Origin: Squalus acanthias
Lineage: Eukaryota
Assembly: GCA_030390025.1 (NCBI GenBank)
Contig: CM059433.1
Span: forward strand, 23,190,001 to 23,254,000
Direction of reading: 5' to 3'
Length of the DNA stretch: 64,000 bases
Part shown: piece by piece, positions 38,442 through 49,850 of the stretch
How positions within the stretch are numbered: the first letter of the stretch is position 1
Layout: every line of letters begins with the position of its first letter
Program-made: the position numbers and the translations under genes
Notes under the pieces: generated by a model
What the model was told of the DNA's origin: nothing
The model's database searches: none
The model's input: only the letters and a program-made list of their open reading frames with translations

Positions 38442-38818
38442 TTTCAAATAAAACTGTTGGACTATAACCTGGTGTTGTGCGACTTCTCATTTTTGTCCAC
38501 CCCAGTCCAACACCGGCATCTCCGCATCATGGCCACTATTATTCCAAGCTATGCTCAGCAGGTCTTTGAGTCAGATATTACCTGCGTAAAATGAACAGCA
38601 CTACATGCTGCTAAACATCACATTATTGGCTCCCAAAGCTTTCTTGTATGTGAGGAGCAGTTTGCTCTTTACATGAACGAAGCATGATGGGAATTGTTTG
38701 GATAAAGCTCATTACTTGGGGACGTCACTTGCTCTTATCATTCTTACTCTTAAATGTGTTAACTTGTACATTTTACAGCAGATTCAGGATATAATTTTTA
38801 CCTCATTGTACCTTTTTT

Positions 38819-39591
38819 GGATCGAGTTTCCATATGCAGTGCAATTTGGGCTGAATGAAATGAAAGAGCACAAAAGACCACAGAATTTTAAGCGTGATTT
38901 AGTTGCACCCATAATCTGGAGTAACCGTGATCTGTTTACGCTGGTTCAAAAGTCCATTCACCCGAAGCAAACCCCGACCACAAACCTGCCCCACGCCCCC
39001 AGGTTGGAATGGCCAGTTTCTGCCGATTATGCCCGTTCGATGTTGTTCATCACATTGCGCCCAGACACTCGGGGGCACAGGCACCTGTGGTCACATTGAT
39101 CCAGCGTTAATCACTTGTACCTGCAGTGGCCAGCAGTCAACTGAAGCCTGACCCAGCTCTGTTTCTCCTGCAGCTTCTGGAATTGCTTTAAATTCAGTTT
39201 AAATTGGTCTAAATTCAGTCAGTTACAGCAGAGCAGGACACACCCTGTGTGGCTTCAATTGACTGCCGGTCACGAGTCTCCTGTACCAAAGGGCAGATCA
39301 AAGCAGTCAATTGAAGCCAATGAGAAAGTAAGACCAAGAGCACTAAATCAGTCAGTTGAAGAATGCCTCAGCTCCTGGCAATCCCACTCCTCTTTGTGAT
39401 GCTGGAGGATGCCCTGTTCCAGTCACCAATCGATGAGGATCAATTACGCTGCTCGATTGCACGCATTCATGGGGGCTTTTACATTCGGGCTAATGCTAGT
39501 GAGTTTGCGCAGAAACTTGAGCAAAACCCGCATAATGTCCCGTGCATTCTGGGTGCATTTTCCGATTGCATTGCTAGCGGAAACTCCGTGC
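38819..39591. mobile_element. MITE-like element with degenerate TIRs
   Basis: gagtttccatatgcagtgcaat versus attgcattgctagcggaaactc are imperfect inverted repeats. Confidence 0.55.
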
Positions 39592-40122
39592 ATTTGTGTA
39601 TAACAAATTTGTGAAAAACTTCTACCAGTGATACGTTATATGGAAACAAATGTGTTTTAAATACATCCATTTGGACAAACATGCTTGCAAAGATTAAGCA
39701 GGGTGGATTAAACAGAATGGTTTACACTAGAATATGTGCACAAGTAATAAACAAGATATTTCAAAATGAATGCCTATCTACTGAAGAATCTCCAGCCAAA
39801 ATGTCATGCTGTATTTCCTCTTACAGAAGCTGATGAAGGATAATTTTAAAGTTACTCTTCAAACATGTAAGTTGTAATTGAAGGTTATCTTACTCTGCTG
39901 CTCTTTCTTAACATTTAAAATTAACTGTCCAGGGAGTGGAGTACTGTCCCTTTATCCTACTTCCATTGTAACTGGGCGAAGAGCAATACACAGCTGTTAG
40001 TGTAACCTAAGCATGCCGTCTGCACATTGCACTATATAGGTATCACTCTGAGACCAATATCTTGAATAGAATAGCACTTTTATTGTCTGAATTCCACCTG
40101 CTGGATTCTTTTTGGAGACAGT

Positions 40123-41185
40123 GGCCTAGAAATTGGATCACACCGTTTTTCTAATGTGACACAGGCATCTAATTATCCAGTAGGGCGGGCGGTGCGAGTG
40201 CACCCATCCCGCTCGGGAAATACGCTGCCCATCATATTAATCAAGTGCCCTGAAGGCGTCCAGGGAGCTTACCGAAATTATTCAAAACATGAATTCAAAT
40301 ATTAAAATAAGTGTCCTGCGCTGGTTGTAGGGTTCTTTTGTGAAATTGGTCTGCCCCAGCACCTGATACGCCTCGTGATAAACTCGCCCAGCAAGTCATG
40401 GGCGTTAACAATCAGAAGGACTCTGCAGGAGCACCATTTAAAGGGCCCACCCCCCCACGCCCTTCCATACAGGTTAGTTGCTGGCTCGCTCTTTTAGGCT
40501 GTTGTTCTCTTTTTGGCAATTTTCTCCATTCCACGACTGAATTGTGAGTTCTGGGAACAACCGTTTGCTGGTGCTGGACTGCTTGTCTGCTTTGCAAATA
40601 TTTTATTTCATTCATGGATGGTCTGGTGGGGCTGCCTTTGGAGCTGTAGCAATAGATGGAACCGCAAAGAAGACAGAGATGAGCAGGAGCATCTGGGAGA
40701 AGACGGAGGAGGAGGAGGAGGACACTGTGCAGGAAGCCATACCCACAGCGGGTCTTCAGGGAGTACATCTCCCATCTCAACCTGACCGAAGAGTAATATG
40801 TGAAGTACCTGCACGTCACTAAGGAGGCTATCACTGAGCTACGTCATCTGCTGCAGCCACAACTGGAGCCCCAAAGCAGGCATTAGCAGCACTGTCTAGT
40901 GCTGTCCATGGCACCGTGGCCCTTAACATTTATGCCCTGGGGGCCTTTTTATCTGCAGCAAGTGGCATCAGTGACATCTCACAGTTTGCTGTGCACTGCT
41001 GTATCAGGGAGGTGACTGAGGCTCTCTACTCCATCAGGAACTCTTGCATCTCCTTCCCCATGGACAGAGTGAAGCAGGACGAGACAGCACGAGGCATCGC
41101 CCACATTTCAGGCTTCCTGAGGCTGCAAGATGCCATAGACTACACTCACATTGGCCTGTGTGCGCCCCATCACCAGCATAGTGCC
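40123..41185 (+). mobile_element. Truncated Harbinger transposon (left end plus 5' half of transposase)
   Basis: Terminus ggcctagaaattgg; atttaaaggg at 40437; transposase remnant downstream; no right end. Confidence 0.8.
40700..41180 (+). pseudogene. PIF/Harbinger (HARBI1-like, DDE_Tnp_4-type) transposase N-terminal half with a stop and a frameshift
   Basis: RKPYPQRVFRE..LTEE*Y..TKEAITEL..LQPQL; VALNIYALGAF..ISQFAVHCCIREVTEAL..ISFP..SGF..QDAIDYTHI (compare GAIDCTH, first catalytic Asp). Confidence 0.88.
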
Positions 41186-42000
41186 TCTGACAGCTTGTGT
41201 TGTGTTGATATGTATTTTGAGAGGGTAGTTTCTTCTGCTGCTTCTATCTGTCTGTCTGTTGCCTCAACAGTGGGAGTTTAATTATAGAATTGTTAACTTA
41301 CAATCAGTGGTGTGATTATGACACCATGTATGTGAAAAGGATATAGCTCTCACTGCTGTTCAAAGTAACCAACTTTTGCACTACGTTAAAAACATCAAGT
41401 TAACTGACTGCCAATGAGTTGTTAAGAAACTTTTTTTTAAGAGTTTTGTCTTTTACAGAAGATATATTTCTCTAGGGGACCATACTAACGAAATAACTCT
41501 GGAGCTGGAGTCTGTATTACCCCATTAAGCGCATTGTCCCACATGCTCAGCTGTCTTACTGCTGCCTTTGCACCAGTAGGGCTTATTAATAGGATTTATT
41601 CACATAATCATTATTACCATTATTGCCACTTGTAAGTGGTATGGCTGTCAGTATTTGTTCAAGTGATCAAGCTTTTATTTTTAAATATTAACAAAATCAA
41701 ATTGATTGAGTGGCTCATTTCTCCGAAGAAATGTTCAGTACTCCTGTCTTCCACACAAGTATATTTCCCGAGGGTACTATAATAACAAAATAGCTGCAAA
41801 CAGTCAGCTGCATTGCCAGTTAAGAATGTTACTTCACATGCCCACCTGTTGCCTTTTCATTGGTGGTGGTAGTGATAGAGCTCCTTAATGTCATTTTATA
41901 ATCATTTTATTAATTAATTGGGTGGTGGAGGCAGATTCAATCGTGGCTTTCAAAAGGGAATTGGATAAGTGCCTGAAGGAAAAAAAATTTGCAGGGCCAC

Positions 42001-43929
42001 AACAACAACAACTTGTAGTTATATAGCGCCTTTAATGTAGTAAAAAGTCCCAAAAGCTTAGGGTCTAGGCAGCAGACGGCACGGCCACCAATGGATGAGC
42101 GATTTATAATCGGGGATGCTCAAGAGGGCAGAATTAGAGGAACGCAGATATCTCGGGGGAGGCGGGGGTGGGGGGGGGGGTTGTGGGGCTGAAGGAGATT
42201 ACAGAGATAGGGAGGGGCGAGGCCATGGAGGGATTTGAAAACAAGGATGAGAATTTTGAAATCGAGGTGTTGCTTAACCGGGAGCCAATGTAGGTCAGCG
42301 AGCACAGGGGTGATGGGTGAACGGGACTTGTGCGAGTTAGGACACTGGCAGCCGAGTTTTGGATGACTTCAAGTTTATGTAGTGTAGAACGTGGGAGGCC
42401 AGCCAGGAGTGTGTTGGAATAGTCAAGTCTAGAGGTAACAAAAGGCATCGATGAGGTTTTCAGCAGCGGATGAACTTCTTCTTCTTTCGTATGGTAGTAG
42501 CAAATGTCAATATCTAAGTCAGATATCCAGGCCAAAGCTTCCGGTGTAACAGCGTGGATATCTTGTAGGCTGCCTGCGAATTTCCTCTGAGGGCAGTGCT
42601 CAATGATGTGCTGCAGGATCTGATTAGGAGCTCCACAGTCGCATGATGGGGATGCTTTAATCTTCCATCTATGGAGAAGGTGGCAGCATCTACCTTGACC
42701 AGTTCTGAGGCGGTTGATGGTTGTCCACTGTTTGTGAGGAAGGTTTGATTCTTCAGGTTGTACTGTGGGGTCCTCTATAAGGAATCCATTCCATATGTCA
42801 TAGTTCTTCCAAGCATTTCGCCATTGGTCATCAAGGCTGAGGGGAGATCGCTGAAGGGCTTCGGCGACGGTCCAAAATGGCCTTCTAGATTTGAGACGGG
42901 TTGGTGGTAGATTGGACAAGTCGGCCTGGATCGGCATGTCTTTGCTGGTGTAGCGGGTGTGTTCTCTGGAGACTGCATATTCGCGGTGTAAGTGTGGTAG
43001 TGCGATGTTTGCAAGCACGGGCAGCCAAGGTGTTGGTGTCAATAAAAGCGTACCGGTGATAATTCTCAAAGTAGGATGAACTGAGGCAACGGCGGAGATG
43101 GGTAATGTTACAGAGGTGGAAATAGGCGGTCTTAGTTATGCCACGGATATGTGGTTGGGAGCTCATTTCAAGGTCAAATATGACACCAAGGTTGCGAACA
43201 GTCTGGTTCAGCTGCAGACAGATGTTAGGGAGAGGGATGGAGTCAGTGGCCAGGGAACGGAGTTTGTGGCGGGGACCAAAAACAATGGCTTTGATCTTTT
43301 ATTTAATTGGAGAAAACTAAATTGGAGAATATTTAATTGGAGAAAATTTCTGCTCATCCAGAACTGGATGTCGGACAAGTAGTCTGACAATTTAGAGACC
43401 GTGGAGGGGTCGAGAGAAGTTGTGGTGAGGTAGAGCTGGGTGTCGTCGGCATACATGTGGAAACTGATGCTGTGTTTTCGGATGATGTCGCCAAGGAGTA
43501 GCATGTAGATGAGAAATAGGAGGGGACCCCAGAGGTAATGATGTGGGAGTGGGAAGAGAAGTCGTTGCAGGGGATTCTCTGGCTACGATTAGATAGATAA
43601 GAATGGAACCAGGCGAGTGCAGTCCCACCCAGCTGGACGACGGTGGAGAGGCATTGGAGGAGGATGGAGTGGTCACCCGTGTCAAAGGCTGCAGACAAAT
43701 CAAGAAAGACGAGGAGGGATAGTTTACCTTTGTCACAGTCACAAAAGATGTAATTTGTGACTTTGATGAGAGCCATTTTGGTACTGTGGCAGGGGCAGGA
43801 ATTGGATTGGAGGGATTCAAACAGGGAGTTGTGGGAAAGACGGGCACAGATTTGGGAGGCGACAACTCGTTCAAGGACTTGAGAGGAAAGGGTGGTTGAA
43901 GATGGGGCGGTAGTTTGCAAGGACAAAGG
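42001..43929 (-). mobile_element. L2 LINE 3' portion (RT domain to tail)
   Basis: VLERVVASQ, LLVFLDLSAAFDT, FHMYADDTQLY, FVTSRLDYSN; (ttg)n tail. Confidence 0.92.
42477..43073 (-). mobile_element. Vingi/Ingi-like (I-group) LINE 3' fragment inserted in L2
   Basis: RIITGTL..TP..WLPVLANI; NRLRTGQGR; CDCG..Q...HII..CP zinc motif; ccatacg + (gaa)n tail; ggatgaact duplicated at 42468-42476 / 43074-43082. Confidence 0.82.
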
Positions 43930-44738
43930 GGGCTACGGGGAAAGGGCGGGGGAGTGGGACTAGCTGAAGTGCTCTTGCAGAGAGCTGGCACGGGCTCGAC
44001 AGGGCGAATGGCCTCCTTCTGTGCTGTAACCATTCTATGATTCTAGGATTCATTATTGCACCATAACTAAGGACAGGATTGGCCTGCTGTTATTGGCTCG
44101 AGTGATCAATATTTCTGTTACTTTTTTAAAAATCAAGTTGAATGAGTAGCGGGCGGCTTTTACAACAAAAAACTCTTCAGAGTTTTATCTTCCTCATAAG
44201 ATTTATTTCCCTGAGGTACAGCATGAGTGAACACACTGTAAAGCATCTGCTGTGTTCTGGACATGGTCCTGCATGCTCATCTGTCTTGTTGTTACTTTGG
44301 TGTTCAAATTTCTGTCATTGAAATTGACCATTTATTATTATACTCAATCACTTGTGTCATCATCATCATGATCACCACAAATAAAGAGCATCTTATCAGT
44401 TAGTGTCTCAAGTAACCAACATTTGTTTTTAATATTTAACAGGCAATGGATGATAACTTTCTTATCAGTCAGGCAAGATATCTTCCAGGCCAAGTTTATT
44501 TTTTCCCTTGGGGTACCATCCATGCTGAATGCATCATAAGGACAGATAGTTTATGGGGAAATAAACTACAAAGTTTTAAAATCAGGTCCAATAACTCACA
44601 GGTGCCAGAGACGTGTATGAGCTATAGGACCGACTCAAAAGGTGTTTTATTCCCATAATCTACTGCATCCTGCTGTGTATTAAATTTGTATGACCTGCTA
44701 AGATGAAATATAGGAGAACAAACACCTTTATTTTTGGA

Positions 44739-44912
44739 CATGATGCGGAGATGCCGGCGTTGGACTGGGGTGGACAAAAATGAGAAGTCGCACAACACCA
44801 GGTTATAGTCCAACAGATTTATTTAAAATTACAAGCTTTGTAATAGCTCCGAAAGCTTGTAATTTTAAATAAATCTGTTGGACTATAACCTGGTGTTGTG
44901 CGACTTCTCATT
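44739..44912. mobile_element. Short fold-back Penelope-like insertion (family A)
   Basis: Tail plus perfect inverted arms 44776-44839 / 44852-44915; tttatttttgga duplicated at 44727-44738 / 44913-44924. Confidence 0.9.
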
Positions 44913-45250
44913 TTTATTTTTGGAAGTTGGGGTGTAAATCTGCATTAGGCAGTAAGTGAATGATGGGAAATGAACCAGAGCAGATAAAAGAAGTAAGCAT
45001 AGGGGAACATCTAGATAATAGTGATCAAAATATAATAAAGTTTAAAATAATGATTGAGCGAGACATGTCTATGTAATTCTATGATAGAGGTGTGCTCTGA
45101 CCACTGATGTGGATGAGTGGCCTGCATCACAGTGTGGTTTCATTCATTTTAATGTGTCTCCACTTCAGATATACCAGGGAGCTGATCTGAAGTCACCTGA
45201 ACCCAGAAAAACACACTACTGGTAGGGTATGTTGCATTCTTTACTGGTAC

Positions 45251-45330
45251 TTCAAAAGTACATAATTGGTTGTAAAGCGCTTTGGGACGACCTAAGATTG
45301 TGAAAGGCGCTGTATAAATGCAAGTGTTTC
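45251..45330 (+). mobile_element. SacSINE1-like SINE 3' tail
   Basis: cttcaaaagtacataattggttgtaaagcgctttgggacg..aaaggcgctgtataaatgcaagt. Confidence 0.8.
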
Positions 45331-46232
45331 TTTATTTTTTTATTATAACTGTATGTAGAATATATGCAATAATCACATGGACCTTTGGCGAGTCTACTGA
45401 TAGTCTCTTTCTTCTTCTCGGAAATTATCTTGCCTTTATTCAGCAGTTTCCTCATTTGGCTCAACTGATGTTAAACATTTGAGATGTAGGTAACTACGGG
45501 AGAGAACCTACATGTAGCTCTGTGATACAACATCTTAATGCACCAACATGTTGCACTCTCGGTCATGGAATTTGTATCTAAGTTACTATATAAAAGGATT
45601 TATTTTATATTTCTTGCAATTGCACTGCAACATTGTAGGCGCTGTGACGCATATTAAATTATGTTTTTAAAATATTTTTATTGGTTAATTATGACATTAT
45701 AGTATTTGTCCATTTTTGTGACACAGTTGAGTCTAGTGAGGCAAATAAATAAAGGCACCGAGCCAGTTTTGAAAGTCAAATACTTGTACTGTAAGCAGCA
45801 ACTCTTCCCTCCCACAGTGTAGCAAAATGAGAATTCTAATTTAAAGTGAAAATAGTGGTGTATTTTAAGCTGGCACTGCATCATAGAAAACACAGAGCTT
45901 GTACCCAAGGACAAAGAACTAATGAACCTGAAAAATGAAGACCGCACTCATCAGGAGAAAGGTTTGTTTCACGTGCGGACCAGCAGAAGGGCACCTCGTC
46001 TAAACTTCAGGAAAAGGACTTCCTACAATATAACCACCAGCTGGAAAAAAAATACCGAAATAAAGGGATTAGGGAGTAAATCAAAAACAGAGATGGAAAC
46101 ATAGCACAAAAGAATTGTGAATCAAGGGGTAGAGTTTTCGCTTTGGGCACAATCGGCAAATTGCGGCCGCTAAAATTCTTTTGCATAATCACAAACGTAA
46201 AAGGTTCCATGAACCAGCGCAATCGGGTAAGG

Positions 46233-47927
46233 TGTAAGGGGTTCGGTCGTAGGTGCTTGTGCGGGGTTAGGCCTTCGTTGCCTAATACTATTGCTTGCTC
46301 TGGTCTCCGGCCAGCCTTGTTGCAATAAGCACCTGTGAGTGGTTCGACCCACTCGCCCTTACGGTTCTAACACTGGACTTAGGTGCAAGAGCAGTAATGC
46401 AGAGAAAAACTCAAATAGACCCGGTTGAATAGTACGAAATGGAAATCTTTATTGCATAACGTCCAAAATCATGAAGTACATTTCATAGGCACAAATTAAT
46501 GACAGTACAAGTATACATACATTCATGAAACTTGGTCTAGGGTAATGAAGAACGCACGGCACATCGTAAAAAGGGGAACACATTATATTTATCCTTAATA
46601 AAACCACCCTCCCCTATCAATACCTACACTAATCTAGATTTGTAGGATCGGGAAACATGCTCACCACTCGTGATACTTCGGAGAATTTTAAACGAGGCAC
46701 TTGGCTTGTTTTGCTGCAACACCTGACTGTCACGTGTTGGAAGGGGTCTCTGTACCCCACTTGTTTATCTTCTCTGCTCCGGCTAGCAGGCTGGGCTCCC
46801 CGTTGTCATGAAGAACTCGACAGTGCTCGGGCCCGGCTGTAGAACTCAAAGAAAAGTCTTTCTGGACCGACACCAGTTAACCAGTAAAATTCAAACAAGA
46901 GTCTTCCTGTATTGACATCGGTTGTCGATAGAATTCGAAAGAGAGTCTTCCACTGGTTCGGCAGCAACCTGATAGAGTTCAAAATGGTCTTTATATTTAC
47001 GGGCGCGGTCGGGGTTTACTGACCACGGCAGCATGTGGATTCTTGTTCTTTTCTTCTCATCTCGTCTTGTCGGGCCTTCGGGTCCAAAACACCGTTTACC
47101 GACGCTCGGGATGGTGCACCCAGTCACTGGCCTTCGTCGGGGCGGCTCGTTCTGCTTGAGCTCCACCCAACATTCGAGTAACCGTCCAGCACGGCTAGAG
47201 TCCAGAGGCAACAGATGGCTGCTCGTCCAGCAGAATTCAGCCTGAGTCAAGAGTCCGCAGAGATAAGAGCACGAATCAAGGGAATAAGAGACCGATGGAC
47301 ATTTGTTGTCTATAGTTATAGTGCTGGGTTCCCTTATCTCCTGCCCAAATCTTAATGTTCATCTTTTGTAAAATCTTGGCGCTCAAAATTCCCAGTATGG
47401 GGTGATTCTTGTTTGTAATGGGTTTCGGTAGCACCTGAGACTGGCCAACTACCCGTTAATGTTTTTTCCATTGTGGAACCGGCTAGGAGCCTCCCTGGCG
47501 GGGTTTTGGGGGCCTCCGAATACTTGTGTAAGCACCCGAGAATGGCTCTCTCATTGTAGAGCCGTGGGGAATTTGCGTATTGATGTATCTGGATGGGCCT
47601 TCGATTGCCCAGTACAATGGTCCTTACTTGTGCATGGAAAACGATTCCAGCACTTATATCTCTTGCTATTGTGTCGAATGCAGACAGGTTGCATCCTGTC
47701 TTTATCAGTGTTTGCTGCGTATTAACCAATCTTATACTGAAATGTTTATTCGAACGCCATCTTGTCTGCCCACTGAAAATTCTGGAAGCTTCTGCCACGA
47801 GGCGCGGCGGCCATTTTACAGGCTTCTGTGTCCTGTTTAATCATGACAGCATTTCGTTGAAATAAAACTGATGAAACGAATCTGCTTTATCTCGTTATTT
47901 CGAATCGCGATAATTGCGAATTTTACA
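46233..47927. mobile_element. Putative solo LTR (ERV or Gypsy class), about 1.7 kb
   Basis: TGTAA...TTACA termini, flanks aagg / aggg (1 mismatch), CpG-rich, no recognisable protein; an alternative right end ttttaca lies at 47820; sits about 107 bp inside a MITE-like left end (ggggtagagtttt, 46126). Confidence 0.6.
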
Positions 47928-48107
47928 AGGGTAATAGAATGTAATTGTTCCTGTTTATTTCTTTCAATTAAAAAGTATTCCTTGATGTATTTAAGAGTGG
48001 TAGCCTGGTGTAGTTTTATTCTTACAGCTGAAAATGGGTTTATCACCAAAAATAAGCATTTTTCATAAGGGTGTCCCGTCCTCCACCTGTGAGTAACCTG
48101 ATTTAAA

Positions 48108-48640
48108 ATAAGAACATAAGAGCATAAGAAATAGGAGCAGGAGTAGGCCAATCGGCCCCTCGAGCCTGCTCCGCCATTCAATAAGATCATGGCTGATCTG
48201 ATCCTAACCTCAAATCAAAAGAACACAAGAAGTAGAAGCAGGACCCGGCCACTCAGCCCCTAGGCCCGCTCCACCACCCACAGGGCCTTGACCGATCCGA
48301 ACTCAGCCTCATGTCCAATTTCCTGCCCGCTCCCTGTAACCCCTAATTCCCTTTACTTCTAGGAAACTGTCTATTTCTGTTTTAAATTTATTTAATGATG
48401 TAGCCTCCACAGCTTCCTGGGGCAGCAAATTCCACAGACCCACCACCCTCTGAGTGAAGAAGTTTCTCCTCATCTCAGTTTTGAAAGAGCAGCCCCTTAT
48501 TCTAAGATTATGCCCCCTAGTTCTAGTTTCACCCATCCTTGGGAACATCCTTACCGCATCCACCCGATCAAGCCCCTTCACAATCTTGTATGTTTCAATA
48601 AGATCGCCTCTCATTCTTCTGAACTCCAATGAGTAGAGTC
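48108..48640 (-). mobile_element. CR1 3' end with doubled 3' tail
   Basis: ORF 48309-48629 EFRRMRGDLIETYKI..; two successive tail motifs (48108-48210, 48218-48305). Confidence 0.9.
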
Positions 48641-49850
48641 CAATGAATAATTGAAAATGACTTAAAAAACCTATGCTCTACCAGTTAATAGTTTCACTGG
48701 TGCGTACTAATAAATTTCTTAGTAAATTAAGTATTTTTTGATATGAAAAAACTTTGAAAACGTGCCTTCCAGTGCCTGTGCATCTAAGAAAATGATCGCA
48801 ATTTGAAGAGCCTTCCCGAACCAGCTCAATCGGCGGAATCTCGCAACTGCAAGGACTTCAACCGTACTCCGGGAAGCCGTCAAGCCTTTCCCACTGAAGT
48901 GGCTGAATGCCTGGGTCCTAACCAGAGCACTTCAGAAGGTTTAGATCAATTGTCCAATGCCACAGCAAATAAGCCACCTGGAGAAGAGTTTCATAATTCT
49001 GACACTCAAAATTTAGACACCATTGAGGCCACAGTTGGCCTAGATCATTTCCAGTTTGACTATTCAAGCAGTCAAGTATCCATGGACTCTTCAGCAGCAG
49101 CAGCTGTAGATCTTTTTGACTACAGCTCCCAGCATCAGGTTAGTCCTTATCGATGAGTGATTTGGTGTTTGCTTCCCCCTGAGATTAAGCATCATGTACA
49201 GAATTGGACACAATTGGGGGGGGGGCGGGGGGGGAAAGCACATCAGAATGTTCTAAGGTGCAAAACCTTTGCAACAGCCTGGTGAAGTTCAGTGCTTCAA
49301 CTAAATAAATAGGTTTAGCTGAAACAAACTGACATTTTATAGCTAAGACAAAGTATGTTTTTATTTAAAGATTTTCACCAGTTCTGAATTTTGGCACCTC
49401 TTTCCCTCACCCCATTCCTCTGCTCAAAAAAGAAAACCACTCACAGACAATTAACTTGGATATCAAATTGAATCAACCCTAGTGAATGTCAAACTTCCAA
49501 GAGCCTAATTGGAATCGTAAACACAACCATCATTTGACATTCTTTGACTTCCCCATTTGAACTACCCCATTTCTTGGTTGAGCCACAAGGTGAGCATTTG
49601 CTTAATAACATGACTGCTGTGGCAGGCTTAACCCTTCCTGCTGGGAAATGGACAAGTGGCATTCGTAGCCACAGGTAAATCAGCAGATGCCGTTGGACAA
49701 TTTTCCCAAATTGAAGTGTTGGTGTAATGTAATAGTGAGCCTTAAAAAGAAGAGTTAGACATTTATATTTTTGTTGAGCTATAGTTTTTTTTGTTTTAAA
49801 TTGCAGAAAAAGATGCCTTATAAATTAAATCTTGCTTTGCTCTTTAATCT

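Larger units (their letters stand above)
37180..38533. mobile_element. Penelope-like insertion (family A): two 5'-truncated copies head-to-head forming a palindrome, plus 3' tail
   Basis: Arms about 37177-37832 and 37841-38495; 14-bp duplication cactattattccaa at 37166-37179 / 38534-38547; GIY-YIG peptide on both strands. Confidence 0.93.
41920..44046 (+). mobile_element. CR1 3' end split by L2 (pieces 41920-42000 and 43930-44046)
   Basis: FKRELDKCLKEKKFAG.. continues into gggctacggggaaagggcgggg and the CR1 tail; gggccac / gggctac flank the L2. Confidence 0.85.

Noticed and set aside
42134..43069. 311-aa ORF as a novel fusion protein
   Set aside because: Chance read-through from the Vingi-like fragment across its (gaa)n tail into L2
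45935..46003. CFTCGPAEGH resembling a Gag zinc knuckle near the putative LTR
   Set aside because: Spacing is CX2CX5H with a stop before the last Cys, and there is no other gag, PBS or PPT evidence
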